A stretch of 64,000 bases of DNA. Source: Candidatus Bathyarchaeota archaeon. Lineage in GTDB: Archaea > Thermoproteota > Bathyarchaeia > Bathyarchaeales > Bathycorpusculaceae. Under the pieces are notes generated by a model. That model was not told where the DNA came from, did no database searches, and saw only the letters and a list, made by a program, of their open reading frames with translations. Below are positions 37,469 to 48,080 of the stretch, piece by piece. The stretch's first letter is position 1. Every line of letters starts with the position of its first letter. The stretch spans positions 736,001 through 800,000 of the forward strand of contig CAWHDT010000005.1 of the NCBI GenBank assembly GCA_963828195.1. Direction: 5' to 3'. A program made the position numbers and the translations under genes.

Positions 37469-38746
37469 TTGAAGCTTATCTATGTTGCAATAGACGGCAT
37501 GGGAGATTTACCAATAAAAAATTTAGGCAACAAAACACCTCTGGAAGCCGCTGAAACTCCAAATATGGATGCTTTGGCCAAAAACGGCAAAACCGGGTTG
37601 ATGTACACGGTGAAGAAGGGTGTTGCACCCGAGAGTGATGTTGCCGTTATTTCGCTTTTAGGTTATGACCCATTCAAGTACAGCACTGGCAGAGGCGTCA
37701 TCGAAGTTGCTGGCGCAGGATTAGAAATGAAGGATGGTGATTTAGCGTTAAGGTGCAACTTCGCAACTTTAGGCCAAGGAAAAACAATAATTGACCGCCG
37801 AGTAGCAAGAACACTCACCACCGAAGAAGCCACCGAACTAAGCAAGGCAGCTAACGAACAGATCAAACTTGAATCGTACCCCGCCACTTTTGAGTTCCGA
37901 AACACATTGGGGCACAGGGCTGTTCTCCTAATTAAGGGCAAAGGGAAGCCTCTTTCAAGCAACATAACAAACAGTGACCCAGCCTACACAATAGTTGACG
38001 GCATCGGCGTGGCGCAGGCACAAGTTGAAATGGTGCTGAAAACATGTGAACCAACCGACAAAACGGAACAAGCCAAAGTTTCCGCAGCGCTGGTAAATGA
38101 GTTTATCGAAAAAACCCATAATCGGTGGGAAAATCACCGTGTAAACGTAAAACGTGTGGCTGAGGGCAAGCTTAAGGCAAATGTTGTTTTAACTCGAGAT
38201 GCGGGGCATCTTCTCCCTAAATTCTTCAACATAAACCAGCACTACCACGTCAACTTTGCAGCTTTAGCAGATATGCATGCTGAACGGGGTATCGCGCAGT
38301 TGGCAGGCATGGACTCCATGCTTTTGCCGCCGCCTTCAGGAAATCTCCAGAAAGACTGCGAAATAAGAGTCAAAGCCCTGATAGACGTGCTTCCCAAGCA
38401 TGATTGCTTCTACATTCACCTTAAAGGTCCAGATGAACCTGGACACGACGGCGACTGCGCCAAAAAAACACAGATTATCTCAGCCATAGACAAATACTTC
38501 TTTGGTCCATTGCTAAAACAGATTTCGCTAAAAGACAACATTATCTGCATAACCGCTGACCACGCCACGCCATGCGAACTAAAAGTTCACAGCGACACAC
38601 CCGTTCCAGTTTTAGTTTCAGGCGACAAAGTAGACAATGGGAAAGCTGTCAAGTTCTCAGAGAAAGAATGTGCAAAAGGAACCTTAGGTACAATAGAAAG
38701 GGGATGCGAATTAATGCCAAAACTAATGGAACTAATGAAAAAATAA
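37469..38746 (+). CDS. apgM: Cofactor-independent phosphoglycerate mutase (archaeal ApgM type)
   Basis: IDGMGD, KTPLEAAETPNMD, PESD, LGYDP, HLKGPDEPGHDG, TADHATP. Confidence 0.9.
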   Translation: MKLIYVAIDGMGDLPIKNLGNKTPLEAAETPNMDALAKNGKTGLMYTVKKGVAPESDVAVISLLGYDPFKYSTGRGVIEVAGAGLEMKDGDLALRCNFATLGQGKTIIDRRVARTLTTEEATELSKAANEQIKLESYPATFEFRNTLGHRAVLLIKGKGKPLSSNITNSDPAYTIVDGIGVAQAQVEMVLKTCEPTDKTEQAKVSAALVNEFIEKTHNRWENHRVNVKRVAEGKLKANVVLTRDAGHLLPKFFNINQHYHVNFAALADMHAERGIAQLAGMDSMLLPPPSGNLQKDCEIRVKALIDVLPKHDCFYIHLKGPDEPGHDGDCAKKTQIISAIDKYFFGPLLKQISLKDNIICITADHATPCELKVHSDTPVPVLVSGDKVDNGKAVKFSEKECAKGTLGTIERGCELMPKLMELMKK

Positions 38747-39092
38747 TCTGGAAAACCTAAAATCTTAACCAGCGCATAGCATGGTTCAAACGACAATTTT
38801 TTAGTTATTTAAATTATTTTTTCGGGCGTTTGCTTACTGGAAAAACGGGGAAGCGTATCTTAGACGAAGCACGAAAATTAATCTGTTTTTGTAATTTCTT
38901 CAATTTTGTTTTTTCGGGTTTTGCCGCAAACATGAGACATCGTTCATCCTCAATTTCACAGCCGCATTTTTCAATTTCACGGATTTACGTGGCTTTTTTT
39001 CAGGTGAATCGTTGCAATTTTGGATTTCAGGCGGGCAGTATATTCATAAGCTTTTTGGGGTATTATAATGTGGGTAGAAATTAAATTTGGGG

Positions 39093-39230
39093 GTGAATAG
39101 GACGGAAAAATGTAATATTTGCGGCGCGGAAATTTCGGAAGAAGTTTATTATCTCAACGAAGGTTTATGTGAAAAATGCTACAATGAGAATTTAGAGAAA
39201 GACGATACATTTAGAAACGGGGATGCCTAA
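39093..39230 (+). CDS. Putative 45-aa zinc-finger microprotein
   Basis: MNRTEKCNICGAEISEEVYYLNEGLCEKCYNENLEKDDTFRNGDA; two CxxC; start uncertain. Confidence 0.5.
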   Translation: MNRTEKCNICGAEISEEVYYLNEGLCEKCYNENLEKDDTFRNGDA

Positions 39231-39519
39231 AAAGTAATAACACCCGTTTGCCGTTCCTACAAAATGGCAGCGGTAAAATCGATGTTTTAAACAAACCACC
39301 TGTGCAGATCAATGGAATGAACTTAAGAGAAGTTCAGGCGCTCACGGAATTGGAAACTATGGGTTAATTTTATATAGTAAATGAGTTGTTAAAACAAGAA
39401 CCATGTATTTAATTCAATATTGGCGCAGGGGCTTTGTTGTATGAGGTTTTTCAAAAATAAAGGTCAGCTATTTCCAAGCAATCTTGTGGACTTTTTGAGA
39501 AAAATGGGAGGCATCGAAA

Positions 39520-40983
39520 TTGAGTAGTGTGCCGCCAAAAATAACTGACGAGGAAGCGAAGAATGCCGAGATAATTGCTCGACAAGACCGCATACCTATT
39601 TGGTCTTTGTCTTTCCTATTCATTGGAATACTTGGAATGGGGTACATTTTTATCTTTTTTGACATATTCAACATTAACGTCTCATTTATTCAGACCGCAT
39701 TGACACTGCATTGGGCAACATCGCCTACTGCGTCAGCAATTACGAGTCTGGAAGGATTCGTGGTACTTTTGAACCTGATAGGCTACGTTATAGGTGCGTT
39801 GATTCTCAGCCCGCTTTCAGACAGGTTCGGCAGAAGAGACATGCTGATAGTGACACTTTTGATAACAGGGTTAGGTTCTATTTTCAATGCGCTCGTCACC
39901 ACATATCCTGAATTTGCCGCTGCAAGATTCATAACGGGATTAGGAGTTGGGGCTGATCTTGCAATCGTTAACTCCTACCTTAACGAAGTTGCTCCCAAAA
40001 ACGGAAGGGCTCGATACACATCTTTCCTATTTGTTCTTGCAGGCATCGGAACAGTTCTCGCCGTTTGGCTTGGCCTAATATTAACTACGCCGGCGGCAGC
40101 GTTTCCTTATGGTCTTTCCTTCGCGGTCGGAGGAGCTGGCTGGTTTGCTACAAACGGGTGGCGACTGATGTATGGCATAGGCGGATTTTTAGCTTTATTC
40201 GGCGTTTTGCTCAGATTTGGACTGCCCGAATCTACCAGGTGGCTCATAACTCATGGGCGACCTAAGGAGGCGGAGAGAATTGTGTCGGAAATGGAAGCAC
40301 GAGCGCTGGATTCCATGGAGGAACTTCCACCGTTACCGGCAGCCATTCCCATCGTTCAGAAGGTTAAGCCGGCTCCTTACTCCGAAATCCTAAAGAATAA
40401 ACTCTATAGGAACAGAACCATTCTTCTCTTTTCAGTTTGGTTCTTCGGATACATGACAGTGTATATTAATGCAGCTGGGCTTTCATCACTTCTCGCTGGA
40501 GTCGGCTACGCTTTCCCCGAAAACGGCATGGTTGTTGCTTTAGGCATCTTTGGGTTCTTAGTAGCGGGTGTAATGGCTGCCTTTATTGGAGACAAATTGG
40601 AGCGAAAACTTTGGTTGCCGATTGCAGCCGTCTTCACCTTCATCGGAGGAGTATTTATCGCCTTTGGAGTTAATCATTTCGACATTGCGGTCACTGGCGC
40701 ATTCTTAATCTTTTTCGGAATGGACTTTTGGATTCCAATAGCCTACACATGGGTCACAGAGAGCTTCCCGACGCGTGCAAGAGCAACGGGCTTTGCAATG
40801 GCAGACGGACTAGGTCACCTAGGAGGAGGAATCGGCTTGATAATTGTCGGGGCACTGATAGCTTCAGGTCTACCGATACTTACTCTGTTCGTCATAATTG
40901 CATTGTTCCAGATAATATCCGCCGTCATCGCACAATTTGGACCAAAGACCGCAAACAGGAGATTAGACGAAGTCTCGCCTTAA
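39520..40983 (+). CDS. MFS transporter (sugar/organic-acid type)
   Basis: LSDRFGRR, RFITGLGVG, LNEVAP, GWR, LPES.RWL, ESFPTRARATG. Confidence 0.92.
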   Translation: MSSVPPKITDEEAKNAEIIARQDRIPIWSLSFLFIGILGMGYIFIFFDIFNINVSFIQTALTLHWATSPTASAITSLEGFVVLLNLIGYVIGALILSPLSDRFGRRDMLIVTLLITGLGSIFNALVTTYPEFAAARFITGLGVGADLAIVNSYLNEVAPKNGRARYTSFLFVLAGIGTVLAVWLGLILTTPAAAFPYGLSFAVGGAGWFATNGWRLMYGIGGFLALFGVLLRFGLPESTRWLITHGRPKEAERIVSEMEARALDSMEELPPLPAAIPIVQKVKPAPYSEILKNKLYRNRTILLFSVWFFGYMTVYINAAGLSSLLAGVGYAFPENGMVVALGIFGFLVAGVMAAFIGDKLERKLWLPIAAVFTFIGGVFIAFGVNHFDIAVTGAFLIFFGMDFWIPIAYTWVTESFPTRARATGFAMADGLGHLGGGIGLIIVGALIASGLPILTLFVIIALFQIISAVIAQFGPKTANRRLDEVSP

Positions 40984-41284
40984 ATCAAAATGGAGCCCCA
41001 AAGACAAGCTATTAGGCGAAAGGCATAGGTGAGAGGGCTTCGAGCAAATACACTATACATGCTCTGATGTCGTCTTCTCCTGAATGCATTAGCAGCATTA
41101 AGGTTGAACAGATTGGAGAAAGCCAAGTCCTTCATAATGCTGATGAGATAGCGGAAATTAACACAAGCCAATCGAATAAGGCAAGGCCAACGCGCAGATA
41201 TTCTGGGCATTTATGACTTTGATGACACAGCAAATCGGGTTTAGAATCTGACATAAGCAAAGCTTCGCCAACATCAAGCATTTT

Positions 41285-41536
41285 TTATTTCGATGCCACT
41301 GGAGCGCGTCGTGTCCTCGTCTTTTGCCAGACAGCAAATGTTATCAGAACAAGCACCAGAATAATGATGGAAACTGGGGCTAAAACGGCAGAGCCGCGTA
41401 AAAGATAAGCGACACCTAAAATGATTACTACACCCAACGCCAATACTGGTGAATCGCCGACTAGAAAGTCCTTCCAGAACGAAAAAAAACTTTTAATTCC
41501 TTTCCAGAGCTTTTTTGGCGCTTTATCGGCAGGCAT
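41285..41536 (-). CDS. Small membrane protein
   Basis: ATG at 41536 overlaps the upstream TAA; FWKDFLVGDS plus two TM helices. Confidence 0.65.
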   Translation of the reverse strand: MPADKAPKKLWKGIKSFFSFWKDFLVGDSPVLALGVVIILGVAYLLRGSAVLAPVSIIILVLVLITFAVWQKTRTRRAPVASK

Positions 41537-42303
41537 TATGCTTGAACCTCCATCCCACACGTATGAACTCGTTTGAAATAAGCAACTAATCCCAAGGTTG
41601 CGAAGAAAATTATCGCCAGGAGTACTAGTAAAAATATATCGCCCATAGGCCATTGGACACCAACCCCTTCACCCATCCAGAAGACCCCAAAAACGGTTAG
41701 CAGATTACCTACGCCCAACTTCATATAGTTCTCAGGTACTTTGGCAAGAGGCTTCGCAACCACAGCACCTATTACCGACATCACTCCTACACCGACAAAA
41801 GCCCCGAGCGCAGCAGTTCCTAGTTGACTATGACTTCCACTGGCTAAACCAAAACTGATTACAATCATGATGACTTCCATACCTTCCAAAAGCACGCCTT
41901 TGAAGCTGATGGCAAAAGCTAAGGAATCTCGTTGGCCTCGAAGAATCCCTTTTGTAGTTGAAAGCGTCGCTACTTCTTTGTTGTATATGTCGCGTTCGTT
42001 ATGTATCGCCTTAAACCCCGTTTGTCGCAGTATAGCTTTTGTGAGCCATTGTAATCCAAAGATAAGCAGCAGAGTTCCAACTACGATTCGCAAAACATAG
42101 AGGGGAAAATACTGAATTAAGGCAGTGCCGACTACCAGCACAATCACAACTAAACAAGCTATGGCAAGTAATGCGCCTTCAAATGTGGAACGCCAGCCTC
42201 TAGTAATACCTGATGCCAAAATGATGGTAAGAGCCTCGACTGCTTCAACCGCGCTGGCCAGCGTCACTGTAATAAATAAAAGAACTGTACTTTGGTCAAT
42301 CAT
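41536..42303 (-). CDS. COG4280-like membrane protein (LysE-superfamily-like metal transporter fold)
   Basis: Internal repeat ASAVEAVEALTI / GVLLEGMEVIMI; WLTKAILR; VPENYMK. Confidence 0.7.
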   Translation of the reverse strand: MIDQSTVLLFITVTLASAVEAVEALTIILASGITRGWRSTFEGALLAIACLVVIVLVVGTALIQYFPLYVLRIVVGTLLLIFGLQWLTKAILRQTGFKAIHNERDIYNKEVATLSTTKGILRGQRDSLAFAISFKGVLLEGMEVIMIVISFGLASGSHSQLGTAALGAFVGVGVMSVIGAVVAKPLAKVPENYMKLGVGNLLTVFGVFWMGEGVGVQWPMGDIFLLVLLAIIFFATLGLVAYFKRVHTCGMEVQA

Positions 42304-42657
42304 GGAAAATCATGACTTCTTCATTAGAATGGTGATTTCGTTTCGCGCGTTACCTAAAAATCCTTCAGTTGTTCCCACATTATTGAAGCATGGGTCCTCA
42401 GTGAGTGGGTTTTTCGTGATATTCTCCTCGTCTTCAAACCAAAACATTTCTGGTCAGCGCTTTTACCTATGAATGTGCATGAGAGTTTTTTAGTCTTATG
42501 CGTGTTAGTTATAAGTAAAAGAGGAAAATGCCGAACAAAAATGCACATTGCCAATTCGTCTTAGCCGAAGTAGAAAAGAAGGGTACTTTTTAGTTCTTGA
42601 AATCAGGTTAAAAAATAGGCGCTGGCAGGTTTGGCTTCTGCCCCGCACCTTTCTCAA

Positions 42658-43083
42658 CTAAGTTTTTGATGGCTTGCTAAAATATTTTTTAAGCGGATCC
42701 CAATACCACTCTACCCAGCCCTCAGCGGCGTCGTCTGCGATCTCTTCTGGAACATTCGAGTGCACCATAACAAGTTCTGTTCCTTCAGACACCTTACTGA
42801 AACACAACTCTAACCTGGAAGGGCCCGCGCCTTCTGGAAAATCAGTTGAAGTCCACTCTTGAACCGCCCGTTTTCCATCGTCTAGCTCAAGGTATTTCCC
42901 AAAAATGTACCCGTCCCAAGCCGTGAATTTGCCTCCGACCACGGCTTTGCCCGTGGCTTTGGTGCCTGTAAATTTGCTGTGTTTTTTCGGGTCAACATAG
43001 GCGTCATAAACCTCTTGGGGCGAGGCTGGGATAACTACTTTTTGTTTTATGGTTTTAACTTTTGCTTTCATAAAAAACCTCAC
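42658..43083 (-). CDS. SRPBCC/AHSA1-domain protein
   Basis: ASPQEVYDA, VGGKFTAWDGYIFG, GWVEWYWDPLK. Confidence 0.85.
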   Translation of the reverse strand: MRFFMKAKVKTIKQKVVIPASPQEVYDAYVDPKKHSKFTGTKATGKAVVGGKFTAWDGYIFGKYLELDDGKRAVQEWTSTDFPEGAGPSRLELCFSKVSEGTELVMVHSNVPEEIADDAAEGWVEWYWDPLKKYFSKPSKT

Positions 43084-43134
43084 CTACTGGAATAGTAGTT
43101 AGAAGGGTTTTTTAACCTTAACGTTAATTAGCCA

Positions 43135-43365
43135 TTGGGCAAAAAAATGGGCAGATGCACCGTCACGAAAGGCCAACGCAGAATAGGCAGAACAATACGC
43201 AAGCTAGAGGGAAGCGTTGAGCTTAGCGCCAAAGAGAGCAAGGCGAAGGAAGCGGAGAAAAATTATAAGCAGCAAACTCAATCATCAGTGGGTTGCGCGG
43301 ATGATTCGCCAATCCAGAACTTGCGAGACCCCTCAAAATGGAAAAAAGACGAAACAAAACCTTAG
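43135..43365 (+). CDS. Small basic hypothetical protein
   Basis: 76-aa ORF in the gap; no motif. Confidence 0.35.
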   Translation: MGKKMGRCTVTKGQRRIGRTIRKLEGSVELSAKESKAKEAEKNYKQQTQSSVGCADDSPIQNLRDPSKWKKDETKP

Positions 43366-43823
43366 GAAACCCAAAAAGAAATTCAGTCGATTTTCAATGG
43401 GAAAATTTTAATTAAATTTAAAACGATTTGCTCAGCGAATCAAACGTTCAACAAGATAGAGATTTGGGAATCCATTTGGGGTTTACGGTTTATAGGGGCT
43501 TGTTAAACGCTGATTCGCCGAAGCAATTCTTATTTTCTGTTCTGCTTTGCTTATTTCTCGGCAAACAATATAGAGTCCTTTTAGTGTTCTTAAGAGTTTC
43601 ACAAATATTCTATAGAAACTAAAAGTAAAGCTATATTTTATAAAGAAAAATTTTTATGAAGCCAATCATGTGGAGAATTTCTCAAAGCTGCTAATTCACG
43701 ACTCGAATTGTTAAACAAACAGTGCCCTAAGTCGTTTCGACCACTATTAGATTACTTGTTAGCATTGGCGCGGTTTGTTTAAGTTTTTTAAGCTGGAAAC
43801 GTCTATGTTTACTGGGGAAAGTT

Positions 43824-44183
43824 ATGTCGGCTTCTTTAGACATGGAAAATGATTGGAATTTTAGGGTTTTTGATAAACGGTTGATTATCGCTAAAACCAA
43901 AAATGAAAGTGTGCGTAAAGTTGCGGTTTTGGATGTTTTGACGAATTTGATGTTTGCAGTTGAGGTACCTGACATGATTTCGATGCATGAGTTGAGTATC
44001 GACACGGAGTATTTGGCTAACTTGAGAGTGTACACCTCAAAAAATGTGGGCAGTGTAGACAACGGCTTTATCGATTTTTTTGAAGCTTTAGATATTGACC
44101 AAAACATCGAAGACTTCATTAAAGCGTACTGGATTTACCCCAGCAAAATACGTTTTGAACTAATCGATATTGAAGAGCCATGA
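43824..44183 (+). CDS. Hypothetical protein
   Basis: ATG ORF ending just before the ftsY stop; globular composition. Confidence 0.55.
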   Translation: MSASLDMENDWNFRVFDKRLIIAKTKNESVRKVAVLDVLTNLMFAVEVPDMISMHELSIDTEYLANLRVYTSKNVGSVDNGFIDFFEALDIDQNIEDFIKAYWIYPSKIRFELIDIEEP

Positions 44184-44184
44184 T

Positions 44185-45090
44185 CTACCGCAGTACCATG
44201 TTGACAAATTTTTCGGGGTTAAACAATTCCAAATCCTTATAGGTTTGCCCCACGCCGATGAACAGAATAGGTTTCTGAGTCACGTATGTCACGCTTAAGG
44301 CTGACCCGCCTTTTACGTCCGCATCTACCTTCGTTAGAATTGTTGCGTCTATACCGACAGCTTTGTTGAATTCTTCAGCCTGCATAACTGCGTCGTTACC
44401 AATCAGAGAATCAACAGCTAGTATTGTCAGGTCCGGGCAAACGACACGCTTTACTTTTATCAGCTCGTTCATCAGATTCTGATTGGTCTGCATCCTGCCC
44501 GCGGTGTCAACTAAAACAATGTTGATTCCATGTGATTTAGCATGGCTTACTGCATCATACGCTACTGCCGCGGGGTCTCCGCCGTAACTGCTTTTTATAA
44601 CGCGGATGCCTAAGCGTTTTCCATGCTCCTCAAGCTGCTCAATTGAGCCGGCGCGGTAAGTATCGGCGCCAGCAAGCACTACAGAGTAGCCTTTATCCCG
44701 GAGAAAATGTGCAACCTTCGCGATTGTGGTTGTTTTTCCCGTTCCGTTAATGCCTACAAACATTAAGATAAAGGGTTCTTTCTTGGCGCGTTTTTCCTCC
44801 GCCATCTTGAGCAAATCGATTTTTTTGCTGGTAAGCATGACTTCTAAAAGCACTTGTCTGAGATTTTCCTCGACAATTTTTGTTCTATCTTCGAGGCGTT
44901 TCACTTGGACGCCTGAGAGGCGTTTTATGAGGTCATCGCTGATTTTTTCCGCCACTGGATAAGCAACGTCGTTTTCACACAGACTCATTTTGAATTCCGA
45001 TAGAATAGGGTTTAGGTTTTCTGCTTTAAGCTCTGTGGTGGTAACTTTGTTTACTAAGCCTTTGAAACCTGACTTGAGCTTCTCAAACAT
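44185..45090 (-). CDS. ftsY: SRP receptor FtsY
   Basis: GINGTGKTTTIAK, DTYRAG, DTAGR, TKVDAD, GVGQ. Confidence 0.97.
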   Translation of the reverse strand: MFEKLKSGFKGLVNKVTTTELKAENLNPILSEFKMSLCENDVAYPVAEKISDDLIKRLSGVQVKRLEDRTKIVEENLRQVLLEVMLTSKKIDLLKMAEEKRAKKEPFILMFVGINGTGKTTTIAKVAHFLRDKGYSVVLAGADTYRAGSIEQLEEHGKRLGIRVIKSSYGGDPAAVAYDAVSHAKSHGINIVLVDTAGRMQTNQNLMNELIKVKRVVCPDLTILAVDSLIGNDAVMQAEEFNKAVGIDATILTKVDADVKGGSALSVTYVTQKPILFIGVGQTYKDLELFNPEKFVNMVLR

Positions 45091-45094
45091 CGCT

Positions 45095-45553
45095 TCAAGG
45101 TTTCCCTTCTCTTGCGTTGCCGAGCATGGTTTCCAGCCTGCTTCTGCCAGTGTTGATTCGGTCAGCCACCTGCGTAAATTGTTGTTGAGCGGCGTTCATG
45201 GTTTTTTCCAGCTCATCGAGGCGTTCTTTGAGGGTTGTTTTTGCTTCCGGTAGAGTTTTCTCCATCGATACCCCCGCGCCCATTCCAACAATTATTTTGT
45301 TTGTGTCTACAAGTTTAACTTTCACGTATGCGCTGCCGCCGATTGGAACCAGAAGTTCAGAGTTTTCTTTCTCCTTTTCAATTCCATCCAGCGTCAAGTT
45401 AGCGTAAGTTAAGTCGGTGATGGCGGCGTTAACCATACTGATTCTTTGCTGCAGAGCATCTGCTGTTTGCTCTAAATAACGCATTTCCAAGCTGAGTTTA
45501 CGAAGTTCCTCTTCAGACTTGTCTCTTTGCGCCAAATGTTTATTCTCCAGCAA
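45095..45553 (-). CDS. pfdA: Prefoldin alpha subunit
   Basis: ELLVPIGGSAYV, IVGMGAGVSMEK, coiled coils; conserved synteny. Confidence 0.93.
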   Translation of the reverse strand: MLENKHLAQRDKSEEELRKLSLEMRYLEQTADALQQRISMVNAAITDLTYANLTLDGIEKEKENSELLVPIGGSAYVKVKLVDTNKIIVGMGAGVSMEKTLPEAKTTLKERLDELEKTMNAAQQQFTQVADRINTGRSRLETMLGNAREGKP

Positions 45554-45767
45554 CGATTTTCTTTAAAATCGGATTCTCAATCTGGTCTGCAGAAACTTCT
45601 TCCACACTGGTTATTTTGATGTGGCACCTTTTTACTCGGTGTCTGCTGCCTATTTCAGCGTAAACCTTCTCCACTGCATGCTCACTTTTATCTGCCAGTA
45701 ATTCTCTTGCGAAGGGGGTGTTCAGCCTTGGCTTGCTGATTTGGCCGGTTACTTTGAAAGCCTTCAT
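45540..45767 (-). CDS. rpl18a: 50S ribosomal protein L18Ae/LX
   Basis: HAVEKVYAEIGSRHRVKR; between aIF-6 and pfdA. Confidence 0.92.
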   Translation of the reverse strand: MKAFKVTGQISKPRLNTPFARELLADKSEHAVEKVYAEIGSRHRVKRCHIKITSVEEVSADQIENPILKKIVAGE

Positions 45768-46447
45768 TTTTCTTCTTCCTGCACCACATCCAGCGCATTC
45801 CCAATAATAAACATCTCGGGTCCAGTGGTCATAGATCCAGCTACGGCGGCGTGTGAATTGGCAAGTAAACCCGTTCCAACGTAAGGAACACCGCAGTTTA
45901 TGGTGCCTACGTCAACGGGAACTTTGAAAACGGTTTCTAAGATTTTTCTCTCCTCATCCTTCAGCAGCGGGTGAGCTAGAACGCCTTTGTTTGTTGCAGT
46001 TGCTAAGGAGCCAACGTAAGGTAACCCCGCGATTTCTGTTGGCACCGCTTCAACGCCTAAAGCTTCGGAGATTTGTTTTATTTCGTTTTCTTTAAAGCGA
46101 GGATCCACAACTGCACCTTTGTCGTTGGCTAAGACTAGGTTGCCGTAAGCTGTTTTTTTGGTCTCCATAATTGTAAGATTGCCTTCAAAGGCTGATTTGA
46201 TTTGTGTGAGTTCTTCTTCGCGGACATAGTTTGGCAGCAACATCCCGTTTGAGTTTGCGCAGGCTAATGCTCCGCCCAGCACTGAGCCGCCGATGGATGT
46301 GTAGATCAGTTTGGTTTTTAGCCAATCTGCATACTCTTGAGCTTTCTCATGCGGAACCATTCTTGGAATCAACACTACGTTTTCGGTTGCCAACGCGTAC
46401 ACGCCGATGCTTGCGCTTCCAACTATGCTGGATAAATAAACCGTCAA
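45764..46447 (-). CDS. eif6: Translation initiation factor 6
   Basis: IGVY, ANSNG, GNLVLANDKG, VGS...TNKG, GTINCG, TTGPE. Confidence 0.95.
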   Translation of the reverse strand: MTVYLSSIVGSASIGVYALATENVVLIPRMVPHEKAQEYADWLKTKLIYTSIGGSVLGGALACANSNGMLLPNYVREEELTQIKSAFEGNLTIMETKKTAYGNLVLANDKGAVVDPRFKENEIKQISEALGVEAVPTEIAGLPYVGSLATATNKGVLAHPLLKDEERKILETVFKVPVDVGTINCGVPYVGTGLLANSHAAVAGSMTTGPEMFIIGNALDVVQEEEK

Positions 46448-46882
46448 GAACTAATTTCTCCTGATGATCAACGTTGATGGCGAAGTTTCATAGCACACTT
46501 CCTATTTTAGATTGCGGTACCTATAACTGTTTACAGTTTCAATTTGGGTTCTTGGTTGCTTTGCTCTCCATGCTTTTTGTGGCTGTTTTTTGGCGCAAAT
46601 AGCAGGTATCCTCTTAGGCAGGGCAGTCAGGTTCGGGTTTTTAGGGGTTAGTTTGGGGTTTGGCGGAATTAAAAACGTGCGCATTAATATGCTGAATGCG
46701 TGGAGAAGTGTGTTGGCTCGGCATTAAGCGAAGTCTGAAACTTAAGTTGCCTTTTGTGAAAAAAAGTGCTGCGGTGCTGGCAAAACGAAAAATTGTGGGC
46801 TCCGCACAATCTTTTTAAAGTTGAAAAGAAACGTTAAGATAAAGTATGATTCAGCGAAGAGAGTTTAAGGTGGGTTTTAACT

Positions 46883-47956
46883 TTGACGTCTAAAGGTCCT
46901 TTACTTATGACTTCTTGGAGGGCAACCGGCTCCTGCAACGCCCGATGCCGATACTGCAATGTTGACGCTACGGGTAAGCATGCTCCAAGAGAAATGACTA
47001 CAGAAGAAGCTTTCCATTTGGTTGATGAAGTGCACAAGTTTGGCGTAAGATGGTTCGGCATAAAAGGCGGAGAACCCTTAACGCGGCAAGACATTTTTAA
47101 AATTGTGGGCTACGCAAAAAGTCTCGGTCTAAACGTTTGCCTATTAACGAACGGATGCTTTGTGGACGGAAAAATTTACGATAACCTTGTTAAAAACCAG
47201 GTTTGGACGTCCGTCAGCATCGATGGACCCGAAGAGATCAACGATCAACTGCGTGGAAAAGGTTCATACAAGAAGGCGCTGGCAGCCATCGAAAAATTGT
47301 CTGAGGGCAAAATCCTAAATGGCTTAGCCTGTGCAATTACGAACATTAACTACCAGCATTTAGATCACGTTGCCGAGTTAGCCGACAAATACCATGCAAA
47401 CTTTGTCTGGTTTAACCATCTTGTTCCCAGCGGAAGAGCGAAGACAACGATGGAGTTAACCCCGACGCCCGAGCAGTATGAGTGGACGCTCAACCACATA
47501 TGGGACTTAAGTCAAAAGTACGAGGGCAAATTTGAAATTCACGTTCACTGCCCACATTATGCGCGTGTGGTGAAACAAAGAAACCCACCGAACTTTGACG
47601 AGTGGTATGAACATAAATTTCATGGAAAATGCACCTACTTTGCTTTCGGAGGATACGTTAGCGTGACCGAAAACGGCGATTTAATCCCGTGCTTCTACAC
47701 TGATCTTCAGCCTTCGGAACCAATGATGCTTGGAAACATCAGGCAGAAAAGCCTCACTACAGCGTGGAAAGAAATTCAAGGATCGAAATATTACAGAAGC
47801 TTCCAAGACAGAAACGTGCTGAAGGGTAAATGCGGAGTCTGCGAATACCGCGAGTTATGCGGTGGCTGCCGAAACAGAGCTTACGCCTACACAGGAGACA
47901 TCTACGAGTCCGACCCCGCATGCATGTATGTACCTGAAAGCCTACGCAAAAAATAG
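46883..47956 (+). CDS. Radical SAM/SPASM-domain protein (NirJ/Ahb/PqqE-like group)
   Basis: CNARCRYC, GGEPL, LTNG, SIDG; SPASM motif GKCGVCEYRELCGGCR...DPAC. Confidence 0.9.
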   Translation: MTSKGPLLMTSWRATGSCNARCRYCNVDATGKHAPREMTTEEAFHLVDEVHKFGVRWFGIKGGEPLTRQDIFKIVGYAKSLGLNVCLLTNGCFVDGKIYDNLVKNQVWTSVSIDGPEEINDQLRGKGSYKKALAAIEKLSEGKILNGLACAITNINYQHLDHVAELADKYHANFVWFNHLVPSGRAKTTMELTPTPEQYEWTLNHIWDLSQKYEGKFEIHVHCPHYARVVKQRNPPNFDEWYEHKFHGKCTYFAFGGYVSVTENGDLIPCFYTDLQPSEPMMLGNIRQKSLTTAWKEIQGSKYYRSFQDRNVLKGKCGVCEYRELCGGCRNRAYAYTGDIYESDPACMYVPESLRKK

Positions 47957-48080
47957 CACTCCGCCAACTCTTTTTCCAACTACAAAAAATAGTCGATTAA
48001 GAAAGAAGATTGTTTAAGGTAAATGGCTAACCGTAATTTTCGCAAAATCTGGCGGATTGATTGGGAAAGGATAGGTTGTT

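Noticed and set aside
46502-46684. Basic 60-aa ORF as rpl39e or rpl31e
   Set aside because: No resemblance to either protein's conserved motifs.
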